Source: Syntrophaceae bacterium
GTDB lineage: Bacteria > Desulfobacterota > Syntrophia > Syntrophales > Smithellaceae
DNA: 64,000 bases
Direction of reading: 5' to 3'
NCBI GenBank assembly: GCA_016927935.1
Contig: JAFGLS010000051.1
Span: 37,992-101,991, forward strand
Below, in pieces: positions 41,220-51,094 of this stretch. The notes beneath the pieces were generated by a model. It was given only the letters and a program-made list of their open reading frames with translations, did not search any database and was not told where the DNA came from. Each line of letters begins with the position of its first letter. Positions within the stretch are counted from its first letter, which is position 1. A program made the position numbers and the translations under genes.

Positions 41220-42371
41220 ATGGCTATAGTTTCTCTGCAAAAGTGTGGTCAGTACGATAACAAAATAATTAAGGAAAAAATCCTGACGGGATTGGAGCAA
41301 ATCGGCTTTAGTCTGGCAGAGCTGAAAAATAAAAGGGTGTGCCTGAAGCCGAATCTTCTGATGCCGGTGAATCCGGAACGGGCGGTAACCACTCATCCGG
41401 AAGTTTTCCGGGCTGTTGCCCAAATCGTGCGGGATTACACGGACAATATCGTTTTGATAGAATCGCCCAATTTTTTCCCCCTTAAACCGACTATAAAAAA
41501 AGCCGGGCTTGCCGGAATCGTGGATGATTTGAAGATAGAGGTCGCCGACATCAAAGTGACCGAAACACTGAAATTTCCAGCGGCAAATCGTTATAAGAGC
41601 ATAGAAATTTCCCAGGCGTTTTTCGATGTTGATTACATAATAAATATGCCGAAGCTGAAAACCCACGGATTTACCTACTATACAGGAGCGGTTAAAAATT
41701 TATTCGGGACCATGCCGGGATTAAGCAAATCACGGATGCACATGACGGCTCCGTCTCCGATGGAATTCAGCGAGTTTTTGCTGGATTTGTACGGCGGACT
41801 GCTGAATGGTTTTGAGAAACCGAAAAAGTTAATCCATGTCATGGATGCTGTTGTCGGTCTGGAAGGCGATGGGCCGGGGCCGACGGGAAAGCCGAAAAAA
41901 ATCGGTGCCATTATAGTAGGCGATGACGCTGTGGCATTGGATTACGTTGCCGTCAATCTGGTAGGACTCAATGTAAAAAAGGTTTTAACTATTACTCAGG
42001 GATTCAAACGTGGATACGGAGTGAAGTCGCCTGATGAAATTAAAGTGATTGGCGAATCACTTGAAGACATGCGGATAAATGATTTTGTTCCGCCTAAGAG
42101 CGTTTTGAGTGGAGGTATAATATGGCCTTTAACGTCACCGACGGTAAAAAACCTTTTTGTTCCAAAACCTGTACCGAGAGCCGATTCCTGCACACTCTGC
42201 TACAACTGTATGAAGATTTGTCCGGCTGGTGCCATCACTGAGGCAGATGGAGACAAAGTACCACGATATAATTACCGGAAGTGCATCAGGTGTTACTGCT
42301 GTTTGGAAACTTGTCCGGAAGCCGCCATTGATTTGAAAAAAGGTCCCTTGCGGTGGCTGATGCCAACCTGA
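41220..42371 (+). CDS. DUF362 domain protein with C-terminal 2x[4Fe-4S] ferredoxin domain
   Basis: 383 aa with a DUF362-like N-terminal region (VCLKPNLL...) and two CxxCxxCxxxCP motifs (CTLCYNCMKICP, CIRCYCCLETCP). Confidence 0.8.
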   Translation: MAIVSLQKCGQYDNKIIKEKILTGLEQIGFSLAELKNKRVCLKPNLLMPVNPERAVTTHPEVFRAVAQIVRDYTDNIVLIESPNFFPLKPTIKKAGLAGIVDDLKIEVADIKVTETLKFPAANRYKSIEISQAFFDVDYIINMPKLKTHGFTYYTGAVKNLFGTMPGLSKSRMHMTAPSPMEFSEFLLDLYGGLLNGFEKPKKLIHVMDAVVGLEGDGPGPTGKPKKIGAIIVGDDAVALDYVAVNLVGLNVKKVLTITQGFKRGYGVKSPDEIKVIGESLEDMRINDFVPPKSVLSGGIIWPLTSPTVKNLFVPKPVPRADSCTLCYNCMKICPAGAITEADGDKVPRYNYRKCIRCYCCLETCPEAAIDLKKGPLRWLMPT

Positions 42372-42445
42372 TCCGGCCAATGCGCAATTTTGTCCCTGTG
42401 ACCCAACATCATGAATTTGTAGTTTTAGAAAAAAGGAGTTTTTAC

Positions 42446-43285
42446 ATGAAAGAAAATGCTCCGCTAGTGCTGATCAGCGGCTGCTCAAGCGGAATAGGCC
42501 GTGCACTCGCAAAGGAATTTGCTGCACACGAATGGCAGGTTTTTGCAACTGCCCGGAAGTTAAATACTATCGATGATCTGAAATCTCCGAACGTGGATGT
42601 CGCTGTTCTTGATGTAACAGATGAAAAATCCATAACTGCCTGTGTGAATTCAGTCATGTCTAAAACCGGCAAAATTGACATGCTCGTCAACAACGCAGGG
42701 TTGCTTCTTATCGGCCCGTTGGTTGAACTGGAATCGAGTGAATTGCGACGGCAGTTTGAAACAAACGTTATCGGGCTGGCCGCACTTACCCGTGCAGTTG
42801 TACCACACATGATTAGAAAGAAAGCGGGGAAAATAGTCAACATCAGCAGTATATCCGGTATTTTGAATACGCCGTTTGCCGGAGCATACTGTTCAACGAA
42901 GGCAGTTGTTACCGCATTTTCCGATTCTCTGCGCATGGAGCTGGCTCCTTTCGGCATTCAGGTTATCACCGTACAGCCCGGCCGTATTAAGTCCAAGCTG
43001 GCAGATAACGCTGACCAGGATTTGGAGCGTTTCAAAAAAACTCCGTACAATCCGATACAGGATTTTATCGTCACGCGGGCTCATGCTTCGCAGATTGACG
43101 CGACGCCGACGGAAATTTTCGCAAAAAAACTTGTCAATAAACTTGTGCGGCAAAAGACACCGAAATTCATCCGCATGGGGAAAGACTCGATTCGGCTTCC
43201 GCTTCTTGCCAAATTTCCCAGCATGTTCACTGATGCTTTGCTCAGTAGAATTTTCGGACTTGACCGGCTTAAAGTATCCAAATAA
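42446..43285 (+). CDS. Short-chain dehydrogenase/reductase
   Basis: 279 aa from ATG 42446 (AAAGGAG RBS) with the cofactor motif SGCSSGIGRALA, NNAG and catalytic YCSTKAV. The ORF track's upstream extension overlaps the previous gene. Confidence 0.88.
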   Translation: MKENAPLVLISGCSSGIGRALAKEFAAHEWQVFATARKLNTIDDLKSPNVDVAVLDVTDEKSITACVNSVMSKTGKIDMLVNNAGLLLIGPLVELESSELRRQFETNVIGLAALTRAVVPHMIRKKAGKIVNISSISGILNTPFAGAYCSTKAVVTAFSDSLRMELAPFGIQVITVQPGRIKSKLADNADQDLERFKKTPYNPIQDFIVTRAHASQIDATPTEIFAKKLVNKLVRQKTPKFIRMGKDSIRLPLLAKFPSMFTDALLSRIFGLDRLKVSK

Positions 43286-43344
43286 CAGACTGTGACAGGG
43301 AAGGAAAGAGATCTGATATCAAGACAGACAGAGGTTTAGCTGAG

Positions 43345-43959
43345 ATGTTTATACAAGAACTAATAGCGCGCATAAACGGTTTGGTTACGGATTTTGTTGT
43401 CAGGATTTCCAACGGTGAAACCAAAGACCTGGTGGTAACCCACGAAATTTCCGGCGTTACGCCGGAGATGATTGACGCATGGTGGTTTCTTATGTCCGAT
43501 ACAGAAATTTACAAATTGTGGCATCCGGGAGACCATTTCTGGGCGAGACTGGAAACAAAAGAAGAAGATGGAAAGACGACTTTCACACAACACGTTTTGG
43601 AGAATATCGGAGGAATTCCCACTCTGCTGCATATTCGGGTGGAAGACCCGAATATGATATCCATTCCGAAAGAATACAGTCATGTTTTTGCCGGCTCCAG
43701 CCTGAATGAATCCGGTGTTCCTTACGCCTGGATAGTCCATCAATATGAGGAAATGCCGGGTGGAACCAGAATGCGTTCGACATTTCGCATTCCCGCGAAG
43801 GCTCCGGGATTTTTTGTCAATGCCCTTCGCCGGCATAATCGTGAAGAGATGTCTCAGTTTTCCAAATTTCTCCCGCAACTTTATTGTGAAACTCAAATTT
43901 CAAAAGAGAAATGCATTGAAATTTGTAAGTCGAACAATCCCGCGCAGCGGAGGGGATGA
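43345..43959 (+). CDS. Hypothetical protein
   Basis: 204 aa and soluble. WWFLMSDTEIYKLWHPGDHFW may be DAPG-hydrolase (PhlG)-like, but this is unverified. The last codons run into a repeat element. Confidence 0.6.
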   Translation: MFIQELIARINGLVTDFVVRISNGETKDLVVTHEISGVTPEMIDAWWFLMSDTEIYKLWHPGDHFWARLETKEEDGKTTFTQHVLENIGGIPTLLHIRVEDPNMISIPKEYSHVFAGSSLNESGVPYAWIVHQYEEMPGGTRMRSTFRIPAKAPGFFVNALRRHNREEMSQFSKFLPQLYCETQISKEKCIEICKSNNPAQRRG

Positions 43960-44362
43960 TGCCCCGCAGCTTGCTTCGGGGTTCATACCCGTGATAAAGA
44001 AAAATTTGCGCGCTGAATCACAGAAAATTAAGTTTCTTAATATAAAAATGCAGCTATCTACAGATAATAATTAGACTTTAACTCTTCATCAAAAGTCCAT
44101 CACTGCCATTGACTACCAAACCTTCCCTTGCGATAACCGACGCTTTGCTCAATAAGAGTTTGGTTTGAACAGCTTTAGTGTCATTCAATCTATAAATTAA
44201 TACTTGACATTTGTTTCCTTATTTAATACTTGAATATAAATTCACAAAAACAATAGTCTTAATGCACCACGTAACATATTAAAATCTTGCTTCGCTTAAT
44301 AAAATTTGTCCCAGAAAATTAAGATACTTTTTTAGATTATAAAAATCTTTTGGAGGTTTTTT

Positions 44363-46969
44363 ATGCCTGTAAATACCCTCATAGTCTTTTGGCGAAAGTG
44401 TCTATTTATAATTTTATGTATTTTCATTTGTCTGAGCATATTTATTTTTCATTCCAGCGTGTATTCCAGCAGTGAAAAGACCACTATTGCCATAGAAGAT
44501 GATCCTACGATGGTTGCGGTTAATCCTCTAACCAACAGAGCTGTAATAACACACGGGCATTCCAATACGAATTCTATTTCTATCGTTGATCTTAATACAG
44601 AAAGAGTCATAACCGAATTGTCCGTGGCAAAACTTCCCAATGGCGTGGCTATTGATACGATTGAAAATATCGCCGTCATTACCCATGAGAATGAACGCCT
44701 GTTAACCTTTATTGATTTAAATACAAACAATGTCATTGCCACTCTGGATATCGATACCAAACCCAGAAACATTGCCATCAATTCCGAAACTCATATTGCG
44801 GCTATTACCAGTGCCATCGACAAAGAAGTTTTATTTGTGGATTTAAATACGCGAACGGTTGTGGCCCAAACGGACGTAGAAATAAAATCCGGTGATTTGG
44901 CAAGTGATCCCCAACGCAATATCGCCTTTGTTCTCAATAAAAACAAAAATAATATCAATGTAATTGATATGAATAATTACACACTCAGCTATTCCATTGC
45001 TTTGGATAAAAAACCGCAGGCTATTGATGTCAATCCGGAAACCAATACCGCAATTATAACCAATTACCAGGACAAAAGCGTGACAATTGTGGACTTATTA
45101 ACAAAGCGCCTCGTTACAAAATCACTGGGAACAGGTCCGCTGGATGTGGCTATAAACACCATCGACAACCGCGCAGTTGTTTTATGTGACCAGGATAGAA
45201 AACTTATTCTTCTGGATTTAAGCACAAACGAAATCATAAAAACCTATTCTCTGCCGCGACATCCTCATAGCGTTGCCATAATCAGCAATCGCAATACAGC
45301 TATAGTTGCCGACGATGAAACAGATAGTTTAACAATCATACAGTTGCCCCTTTCCGCGCCCTTGCCGAAAATCAAAATAACATCACCGCAGGATAAGGCT
45401 CAAATTTCTTCCAATTCGGTGGATGTTTTGGGAACGGTGGAAAATAGCACAAATGTAACGGTGAATGATATTATCGCTTTAGTGAGCGGAAATAACTTTT
45501 CCTCAAAACTAACAATGGAAGAAGGGGAAAACACGATTTTCGCTATTGCCACCGATAAATATGGCCGCACAGCCAGCGATGACATTACCGTCAATATTGT
45601 TGTGCCGGTCAAGGGCACAGTTACCGGCACAGTTATCAACGGTTTGAACGGCAGCCCTTTGCCTTCGGCTGTAGTAACCATAACTGATGCCAAGGGAAAT
45701 ACTCAGACAATAGTAACCAATGCATTAGGCACATTTACGGCGCAAGTAGCTGAAGGCGCTTATTCAGGTACGGTCATTAAGCCCTGGTATTTGCCCTTTT
45801 CCTTTGCCGGTTCTGTCGCCATAGGAGAAACAAACGTAATTAACGTGCCGCTGACGCCGATACAACCGGTTATCAGCAATATTAAAGTTACGGATATTAC
45901 GGAAAACTCGGTCAAGATAAACTGGACGACAGATCAGCCTACTCAAGGCCGTGTCGAATACGGAGCAACAACATCATACGGATCTGCCGTTTCCAATTCC
46001 CTTGAAGAAACAACGCACAGCCTCACGCTTTCTAATCTGACTCCGTCAACAACTTATCATTTTCGCGTTGTTGCGTCATCCGGCAACGGCACAACAACCT
46101 ATTCTTCAGACAATTCGTTTAAAACAAACGGCCGGATTGTTATTACGATTAACTCGCCGGCCAACGGCGCTAATATCAGTGGAAACAACGTTACCGTGAC
46201 AGGTTCGATCAATAACGCCGCTAATGTCGAAACGGGTGTAACGGTAAATGGAATGGCTGCCGCTTTGAACAACAATCAATTTGTTGTCAACAATGTACCT
46301 CTGAATGCGGGAGCAAATACAATCACCGTTACGGCAACGGATGTAAACGGAACAACGGCATCAAAATCCATAACCGTCAATACAACCATCCCGGAGAATT
46401 TCATCACCCTCAGCGCCTATCCTGAATCGGGAGTAGCGCCGTTGGAAGTCATTTTAAGAATCAGTGGCACCTTTAGCGTTACCAATCCGGTTATTATTCC
46501 CATTGGCCCTGGCATCGTGGAACAACTGGAAAGTGATAATCCTGACGAATATAAATACAAAATGACCACTGAAGGAATTTATTATTTTACCGCACAGGTT
46601 ACCGGCCCCGACGGCAATATTTATCAGGACACAAAAGCTGTCACTGTGCTTCCCCTGGCTCAAGTTGATGCGTTGCTCAGGGCAAAGTGGGCAACATTTA
46701 AAACAGCTTTAAGCAATCAAGATATTAATAACGCCGTACTGAATTTTGTTTCCGGAAGTCAAGATACATATAGAAGTCTATACACAAATTTAAAACCATT
46801 ACTTCAAAATATCTGCGCTGAATTAAATGCGGCGCATATTAATTATATATCAATTAACAACAATAAAGCTATTTATGAAATAATAGTGACCAGAAATAAT
46901 GTTACTTACTCATTCCAATTGGAGTTTGTAAAAGATGCTAATGGCATATGGAAGATGTTAAAATTTTAA
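44363..46969 (+). CDS. Large secreted multidomain protein with an N-terminal YVTN-type 7-bladed beta-propeller
   Basis: 868 aa with an N-terminal TM/signal. About seven ~40-aa repeats follow (..NRAVITH..SISIVDLNT..VIATL.., the YVTN pattern). Then come Ig-like modules, a CarboxypepD_reg-like module (GTVTGTVINGLNGSPLPSAVVTITD) and an FN3/PAP-N-like module (VKINWTTDQPTQGRVEYG...TTYHFRV). The C-terminus is NTF2-like. Confidence 0.8.
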   Translation: MPVNTLIVFWRKCLFIILCIFICLSIFIFHSSVYSSSEKTTIAIEDDPTMVAVNPLTNRAVITHGHSNTNSISIVDLNTERVITELSVAKLPNGVAIDTIENIAVITHENERLLTFIDLNTNNVIATLDIDTKPRNIAINSETHIAAITSAIDKEVLFVDLNTRTVVAQTDVEIKSGDLASDPQRNIAFVLNKNKNNINVIDMNNYTLSYSIALDKKPQAIDVNPETNTAIITNYQDKSVTIVDLLTKRLVTKSLGTGPLDVAINTIDNRAVVLCDQDRKLILLDLSTNEIIKTYSLPRHPHSVAIISNRNTAIVADDETDSLTIIQLPLSAPLPKIKITSPQDKAQISSNSVDVLGTVENSTNVTVNDIIALVSGNNFSSKLTMEEGENTIFAIATDKYGRTASDDITVNIVVPVKGTVTGTVINGLNGSPLPSAVVTITDAKGNTQTIVTNALGTFTAQVAEGAYSGTVIKPWYLPFSFAGSVAIGETNVINVPLTPIQPVISNIKVTDITENSVKINWTTDQPTQGRVEYGATTSYGSAVSNSLEETTHSLTLSNLTPSTTYHFRVVASSGNGTTTYSSDNSFKTNGRIVITINSPANGANISGNNVTVTGSINNAANVETGVTVNGMAAALNNNQFVVNNVPLNAGANTITVTATDVNGTTASKSITVNTTIPENFITLSAYPESGVAPLEVILRISGTFSVTNPVIIPIGPGIVEQLESDNPDEYKYKMTTEGIYYFTAQVTGPDGNIYQDTKAVTVLPLAQVDALLRAKWATFKTALSNQDINNAVLNFVSGSQDTYRSLYTNLKPLLQNICAELNAAHINYISINNNKAIYEIIVTRNNVTYSFQLEFVKDANGIWKMLKF

Positions 46970-47071
46970 TAACGATAGAAATATGTGTAACCAAGAAATA
47001 TATTTATTAATAGACAACGTGACTTACCACAAGTTTGATTTTCTATTGAAACATTTTATGGAGGTTTAATT

Positions 47072-47686
47072 ATGTACAAATATATTCTTACAATCATAAT
47101 TTCTTGTATCTTAATTATTTCACTTTCACAAACATCTAAAGCAACCGGACTTTATAGTGAACCAGAGTTTCGTGGAAAAGTGATTGATGCAGAAACAAAA
47201 CAACCAATAGAAGGCACTGTAGTCGTTGTTCTCTATTATAAACGTTCAGTAGTTAGTCTCAACCCGGGCGGCCCCAGTTCGTATGTTACAAAAGCAAAAG
47301 AAACTTTAACAGATAATAAAGGTGAATTTTACTTCCCGTCTTATTCCGAATTATTACTATTTACCGAGGACACCTATGTTGAATTTATATTTTATAAACC
47401 CGGCTATATGGCCAGTCATGGTCCGAAAAATGTCGTATCCCGGGAAGAGTACTTTTCCAGCGATGTTATTGGCAAGGAAGGGGAGATACATGCCAAACGA
47501 GGCAGACCAGCCAGTTACAAGGGACCAATGGGGATTGTGGAGTTGAAGAAGGTGTCGCCTGAAAAAGCGATGTCGCCTGGTCATATATCAGATGATTATG
47601 GGCCAGATCAATTGCCACTTTATTATAAAGCTATAGAAGAAGATTTGATAAATCGCGGTATATTGAAGGGAGGCAAAAAACAATGA
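47072..47686 (+). CDS. Secreted protein with CarboxypepD_reg-like domain
   Basis: 204 aa with a signal peptide (ILTIIISCILIISLSQTSKA), then FRGKVIDAETKQPIEGTVVVV. ATGA overlap with the next gene. Confidence 0.7.
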   Translation: MYKYILTIIISCILIISLSQTSKATGLYSEPEFRGKVIDAETKQPIEGTVVVVLYYKRSVVSLNPGGPSSYVTKAKETLTDNKGEFYFPSYSELLLFTEDTYVEFIFYKPGYMASHGPKNVVSREEYFSSDVIGKEGEIHAKRGRPASYKGPMGIVELKKVSPEKAMSPGHISDDYGPDQLPLYYKAIEEDLINRGILKGGKKQ

Positions 47687-49908
47687 TCATTTATATTAAG
47701 AATATATTTAAAATATTCATAATTATATTATTGCTAATATTTTGCTCTGTATTACCAAGTAGAGCCTTGGAAGTGGAGACACATAAAACTGTAAATAAGT
47801 ATATTGCTAATAAAAATACAAATATTAACGGATTTTCACTTCACCAATATCTTCAAAAACAGTTGGGAATGCAAAAAGGATCTGAAGAATTTGTAAATGA
47901 TAAAATGATTTTTGATTGGATCGGAGACGGTGGGGTAGAAGAAGACGCCGGATTTCGTGCTTTAAATCATTTTCTGAATCCACTAACTGATGAAGGTATA
48001 TTAGGGTATTTTTCTGCTTTGCAATGGGCTACACTACCCGTAGCTACTCAGTCATTTTCGCCATTCGCCTCTTGGAATGATGTGCGAAATTATTATTTTA
48101 AAGCACTGACTTCCACAGATTCAGCAACGAGGGAGGGTTGGTTTGCCATGACATTTCAAGGTGTGGGTCAGCTCATGCATTTGGAACAGGACATGTCTGT
48201 ACCGGCGCATGTGCGAGATGACAAGCACCTTAAATTGTTTGGTCTTGGCGGAGATGGTTATGAAAATTGGATGGATAAATCAGAGAATAGAGATGTTATT
48301 GCTAATTTCGCGGCTATAAGTTTTGCGCATGACACTTCATTTTCATTAAACATTAAAAATCTTTTCGACACTGATCGATATAACGGAACCAATCCCGACA
48401 TAACGACTTCATCCAACATCATAGGCCTCGCCGAATATACCAATGCCAATTTCTTCAGCGGCGATACGATTAATGCTGCAAACTTTCCTTACCCGAAAAC
48501 CGATAGCAACAAGAAAGCTATCATGCCTTACACCGGTCCGGAAGCAACATACAACAGAGAGTATTTTCGCAAAGATTGTAGCGAAGTATATTGTCAAGCA
48601 AGCGCTTCAAAAAATTATAGTGGCTACTTACTTTCGGCTGTTGATTTAAATGATTATTGGCGAATGCAGAATCCTAATTCTAGTGATAGCCTGCCGGTTA
48701 TTCCGGTATTAGATGAAAATGTTTATTACGACTATTCACAATTCCTAATTCCCCGCGCCATTGGTTATTCCTCTCAGTTGCTGAATTATTTTTTCCGCGG
48801 TGAAATCGAGGCAAAATTACTACCTGTTTTTGATGAATCGAAACTCGAAAGTGTTAGGATTAAGGTTAGAAATATTACTCCGTCCAAGGATTCCATGGGA
48901 GGTAACTCAGACAGCATGTTTTTTCTGGCTTATCGCTATACGCCGCCGGGAGCTCCCGCTGACGGCTCACAAGACATTTGGAGTAAAGTTCCCTATGTAT
49001 ATCCCTTACCCAACATCCTGCCTTATGGAAAAGACAGTGACGGTAATGATCTGAAAGATGCTGAAACTGAAATATTGTTTGGAGGATTTCCCGTAGATAT
49101 TCCCATATCCAATTACCAAAATACTAAATTCATACTGACCTATAGAGGCAATCTAGGCGAAGAAAAGATAAACCTTGCCAATAATGAGTTAGGTGGCGTT
49201 ATCGGTAAGTTTGGGGCGGCAAAACCTATAACATTTCATGAAGAGTGGAATACCTCGCCCAAAGGTGATTTCAACTGGTTTCAAATGGATTCTACCGTTT
49301 TTGGCAGCAATATATGCCCATACCATAGTATTGATCATGGAGTTGCCCAAAATAACATTATCAACGGTAAGCTAATTAAAACGAACATACGTTATCCAAT
49401 AATTCTTGCCCCGGGCGAAACAAAAAAAGATGGGGAAGGAATGCACCTCAATACATCACTTATTGGCGTTAGTAATCCATCCGGCGCCACTTATGCGAAT
49501 AATATATTTCCAATACCTATTACAAAGGACACATATATTGAATTCAAAATTGATGATATGACAATATCTCCCAATACAGCGGAAAGTGGAAACTATACCC
49601 ATTATCAAGGCCTGGTGTTAAGTTTCAATAATGGATATAGACTGGAATTGTCAATGAATGGCCATTTCTGGTATTTAAATGACACAACAGGATATTTTTC
49701 ATTCAACGCAGGGCACATAATATTTGATAATATCTATGAACTGTTTCAGCAGTGTAACTTGCCGATTCCAAATGATTTCAAGTTAAATTATATAGCATTA
49801 TTTCAACGAATAGGTTTCAATTTGCCGATAGATGTTCAATATGAACAAAAAATGATAGTTGATTTTATCCGCATAGTTGAAATGGACAAAATGGCACCAG
49901 AGCAGTAA
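47683..49908 (+). CDS. Secreted protein with an N-terminal zinc-dependent phospholipase C-like domain
   Basis: 741 aa with a signal peptide. Its motifs parallel the Bacillus cereus PLC zinc ligands: THKTV near the mature N-terminus, EEDAGFRALNHFLNP (compare ADYENP...SHFYDP) and GQLMHLEQDMSVPAHVRDD (compare LHYLGDVNQPMHAAN). The remaining ~500 aa have no recognised family. Confidence 0.65.
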   Translation: MIIYIKNIFKIFIIILLLIFCSVLPSRALEVETHKTVNKYIANKNTNINGFSLHQYLQKQLGMQKGSEEFVNDKMIFDWIGDGGVEEDAGFRALNHFLNPLTDEGILGYFSALQWATLPVATQSFSPFASWNDVRNYYFKALTSTDSATREGWFAMTFQGVGQLMHLEQDMSVPAHVRDDKHLKLFGLGGDGYENWMDKSENRDVIANFAAISFAHDTSFSLNIKNLFDTDRYNGTNPDITTSSNIIGLAEYTNANFFSGDTINAANFPYPKTDSNKKAIMPYTGPEATYNREYFRKDCSEVYCQASASKNYSGYLLSAVDLNDYWRMQNPNSSDSLPVIPVLDENVYYDYSQFLIPRAIGYSSQLLNYFFRGEIEAKLLPVFDESKLESVRIKVRNITPSKDSMGGNSDSMFFLAYRYTPPGAPADGSQDIWSKVPYVYPLPNILPYGKDSDGNDLKDAETEILFGGFPVDIPISNYQNTKFILTYRGNLGEEKINLANNELGGVIGKFGAAKPITFHEEWNTSPKGDFNWFQMDSTVFGSNICPYHSIDHGVAQNNIINGKLIKTNIRYPIILAPGETKKDGEGMHLNTSLIGVSNPSGATYANNIFPIPITKDTYIEFKIDDMTISPNTAESGNYTHYQGLVLSFNNGYRLELSMNGHFWYLNDTTGYFSFNAGHIIFDNIYELFQQCNLPIPNDFKLNYIALFQRIGFNLPIDVQYEQKMIVDFIRIVEMDKMAPEQ

Positions 49909-50112
49909 ATGCCCACTAGAAGCATTTGTGGGTCTAAGCGTCCAAAATCTGGGGACATACTAATTTCTATCATCTCTTTGCTTATAGAAGCATTATAGGA
50001 TCAGGTCTTGAAATAGCAGTATCCTTTAATGTTGGCAATATCCCCGCCTCTGTTTTTATTCCTCTCGTTTATAAGTTCTCCTAAAGTAATTTATAAAATT
50101 GCCACTATTTCC

Positions 50113-50140
50113 TTGACTTAAAAAGTCATGTTGTTATATT
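50113..50140 (+). promoter_or_regulatory. Sigma70-type promoter candidate
   Basis: TTGACT (50113-50118), 16-nt spacer, TATATT (50135-50140). Confidence 0.4.
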
Positions 50141-50193
50141 TTTGCCACTAAAATTGTCCCATCATCAAAAATACAATACGGCAGTGAAATAAA

Positions 50194-51063
50194 ATGAAAT
50201 ACGGAATTATCGCCAATCCTGCTTCCGGCAAGCGCTCTCTGGATGATAAGAACAAAATTTTAAATGAAATAGCCGATATTCTGAAAGACGTTACCATTGC
50301 CGGTCTTGATACACAATCTCCAGACGAATATGCCAGTTGCGCTCGTGAGCTTTCCCAGAAAGTCGGAATATTGATTATCGCCGGCGGTGATGGCGCTTTT
50401 TCTCTGGTAATGAACAATGTTTCGAAAGATGTTCCTTTGGGTTTCCTTCCTTTCGGTTCCGGCGATGTACTGCGGTACACATTCGGCCTGCCCCGCTGTC
50501 CCAAGGAAAACGCTCTCGTTATTCAAAACGGTACTGAACATTTGATAGACGTCATCTACTGTGACGAAGAAACAAAAGCCCTGTTTGCCAGTATCGGCAT
50601 AGAAGGTAGCATTTTACTGGAAAGACAAAAGCATCTGGAAAATGATTTGCTCGGCTTTACGGCATATGGCCTGGCAACATTAAAAGTTTTATTTGATGGT
50701 TACATTAATGCCGATTTGCGGGTTTTAATGGACAATAAGGAAGTGAAAACATCCAACTCTCTGACTGCGGTAATTACAAAGTTGCCTTATTATGGATATG
50801 GCTTTAAGGTCGTGCCGCAGGCTCAAGTTGATGACGGGTATCTTCATCTGCTTATAATTAATGTGGGACTGATTGGAACGTTTTATGCTCTGGCCACTTC
50901 TTTGATGGGTGGAAATAGAATAGGGGAGTATTACAAAGCGAAAGAAATAAATATTGCCACTTCGACTCAACAGTTATTGCAGCGCAACGGCGATCCGGAA
51001 AAAGAAAAAAGGACTAATTTTTCCTTCAAAGTATTGCCCAAAGAATTAAAACTGATTTTCTAG
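50194..51063 (+). CDS. Diacylglycerol/lipid kinase family protein (YegS/BmrU-like)
   Basis: 289 aa with the DAGK catalytic motif IIAGGDGAFS and LGFLPFGSGDV. Confidence 0.8.
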   Translation: MKYGIIANPASGKRSLDDKNKILNEIADILKDVTIAGLDTQSPDEYASCARELSQKVGILIIAGGDGAFSLVMNNVSKDVPLGFLPFGSGDVLRYTFGLPRCPKENALVIQNGTEHLIDVIYCDEETKALFASIGIEGSILLERQKHLENDLLGFTAYGLATLKVLFDGYINADLRVLMDNKEVKTSNSLTAVITKLPYYGYGFKVVPQAQVDDGYLHLLIINVGLIGTFYALATSLMGGNRIGEYYKAKEINIATSTQQLLQRNGDPEKEKRTNFSFKVLPKELKLIF

Positions 51064-51094
51064 ATTTAAATCACCAGGAAATATTCAGAGGCCG

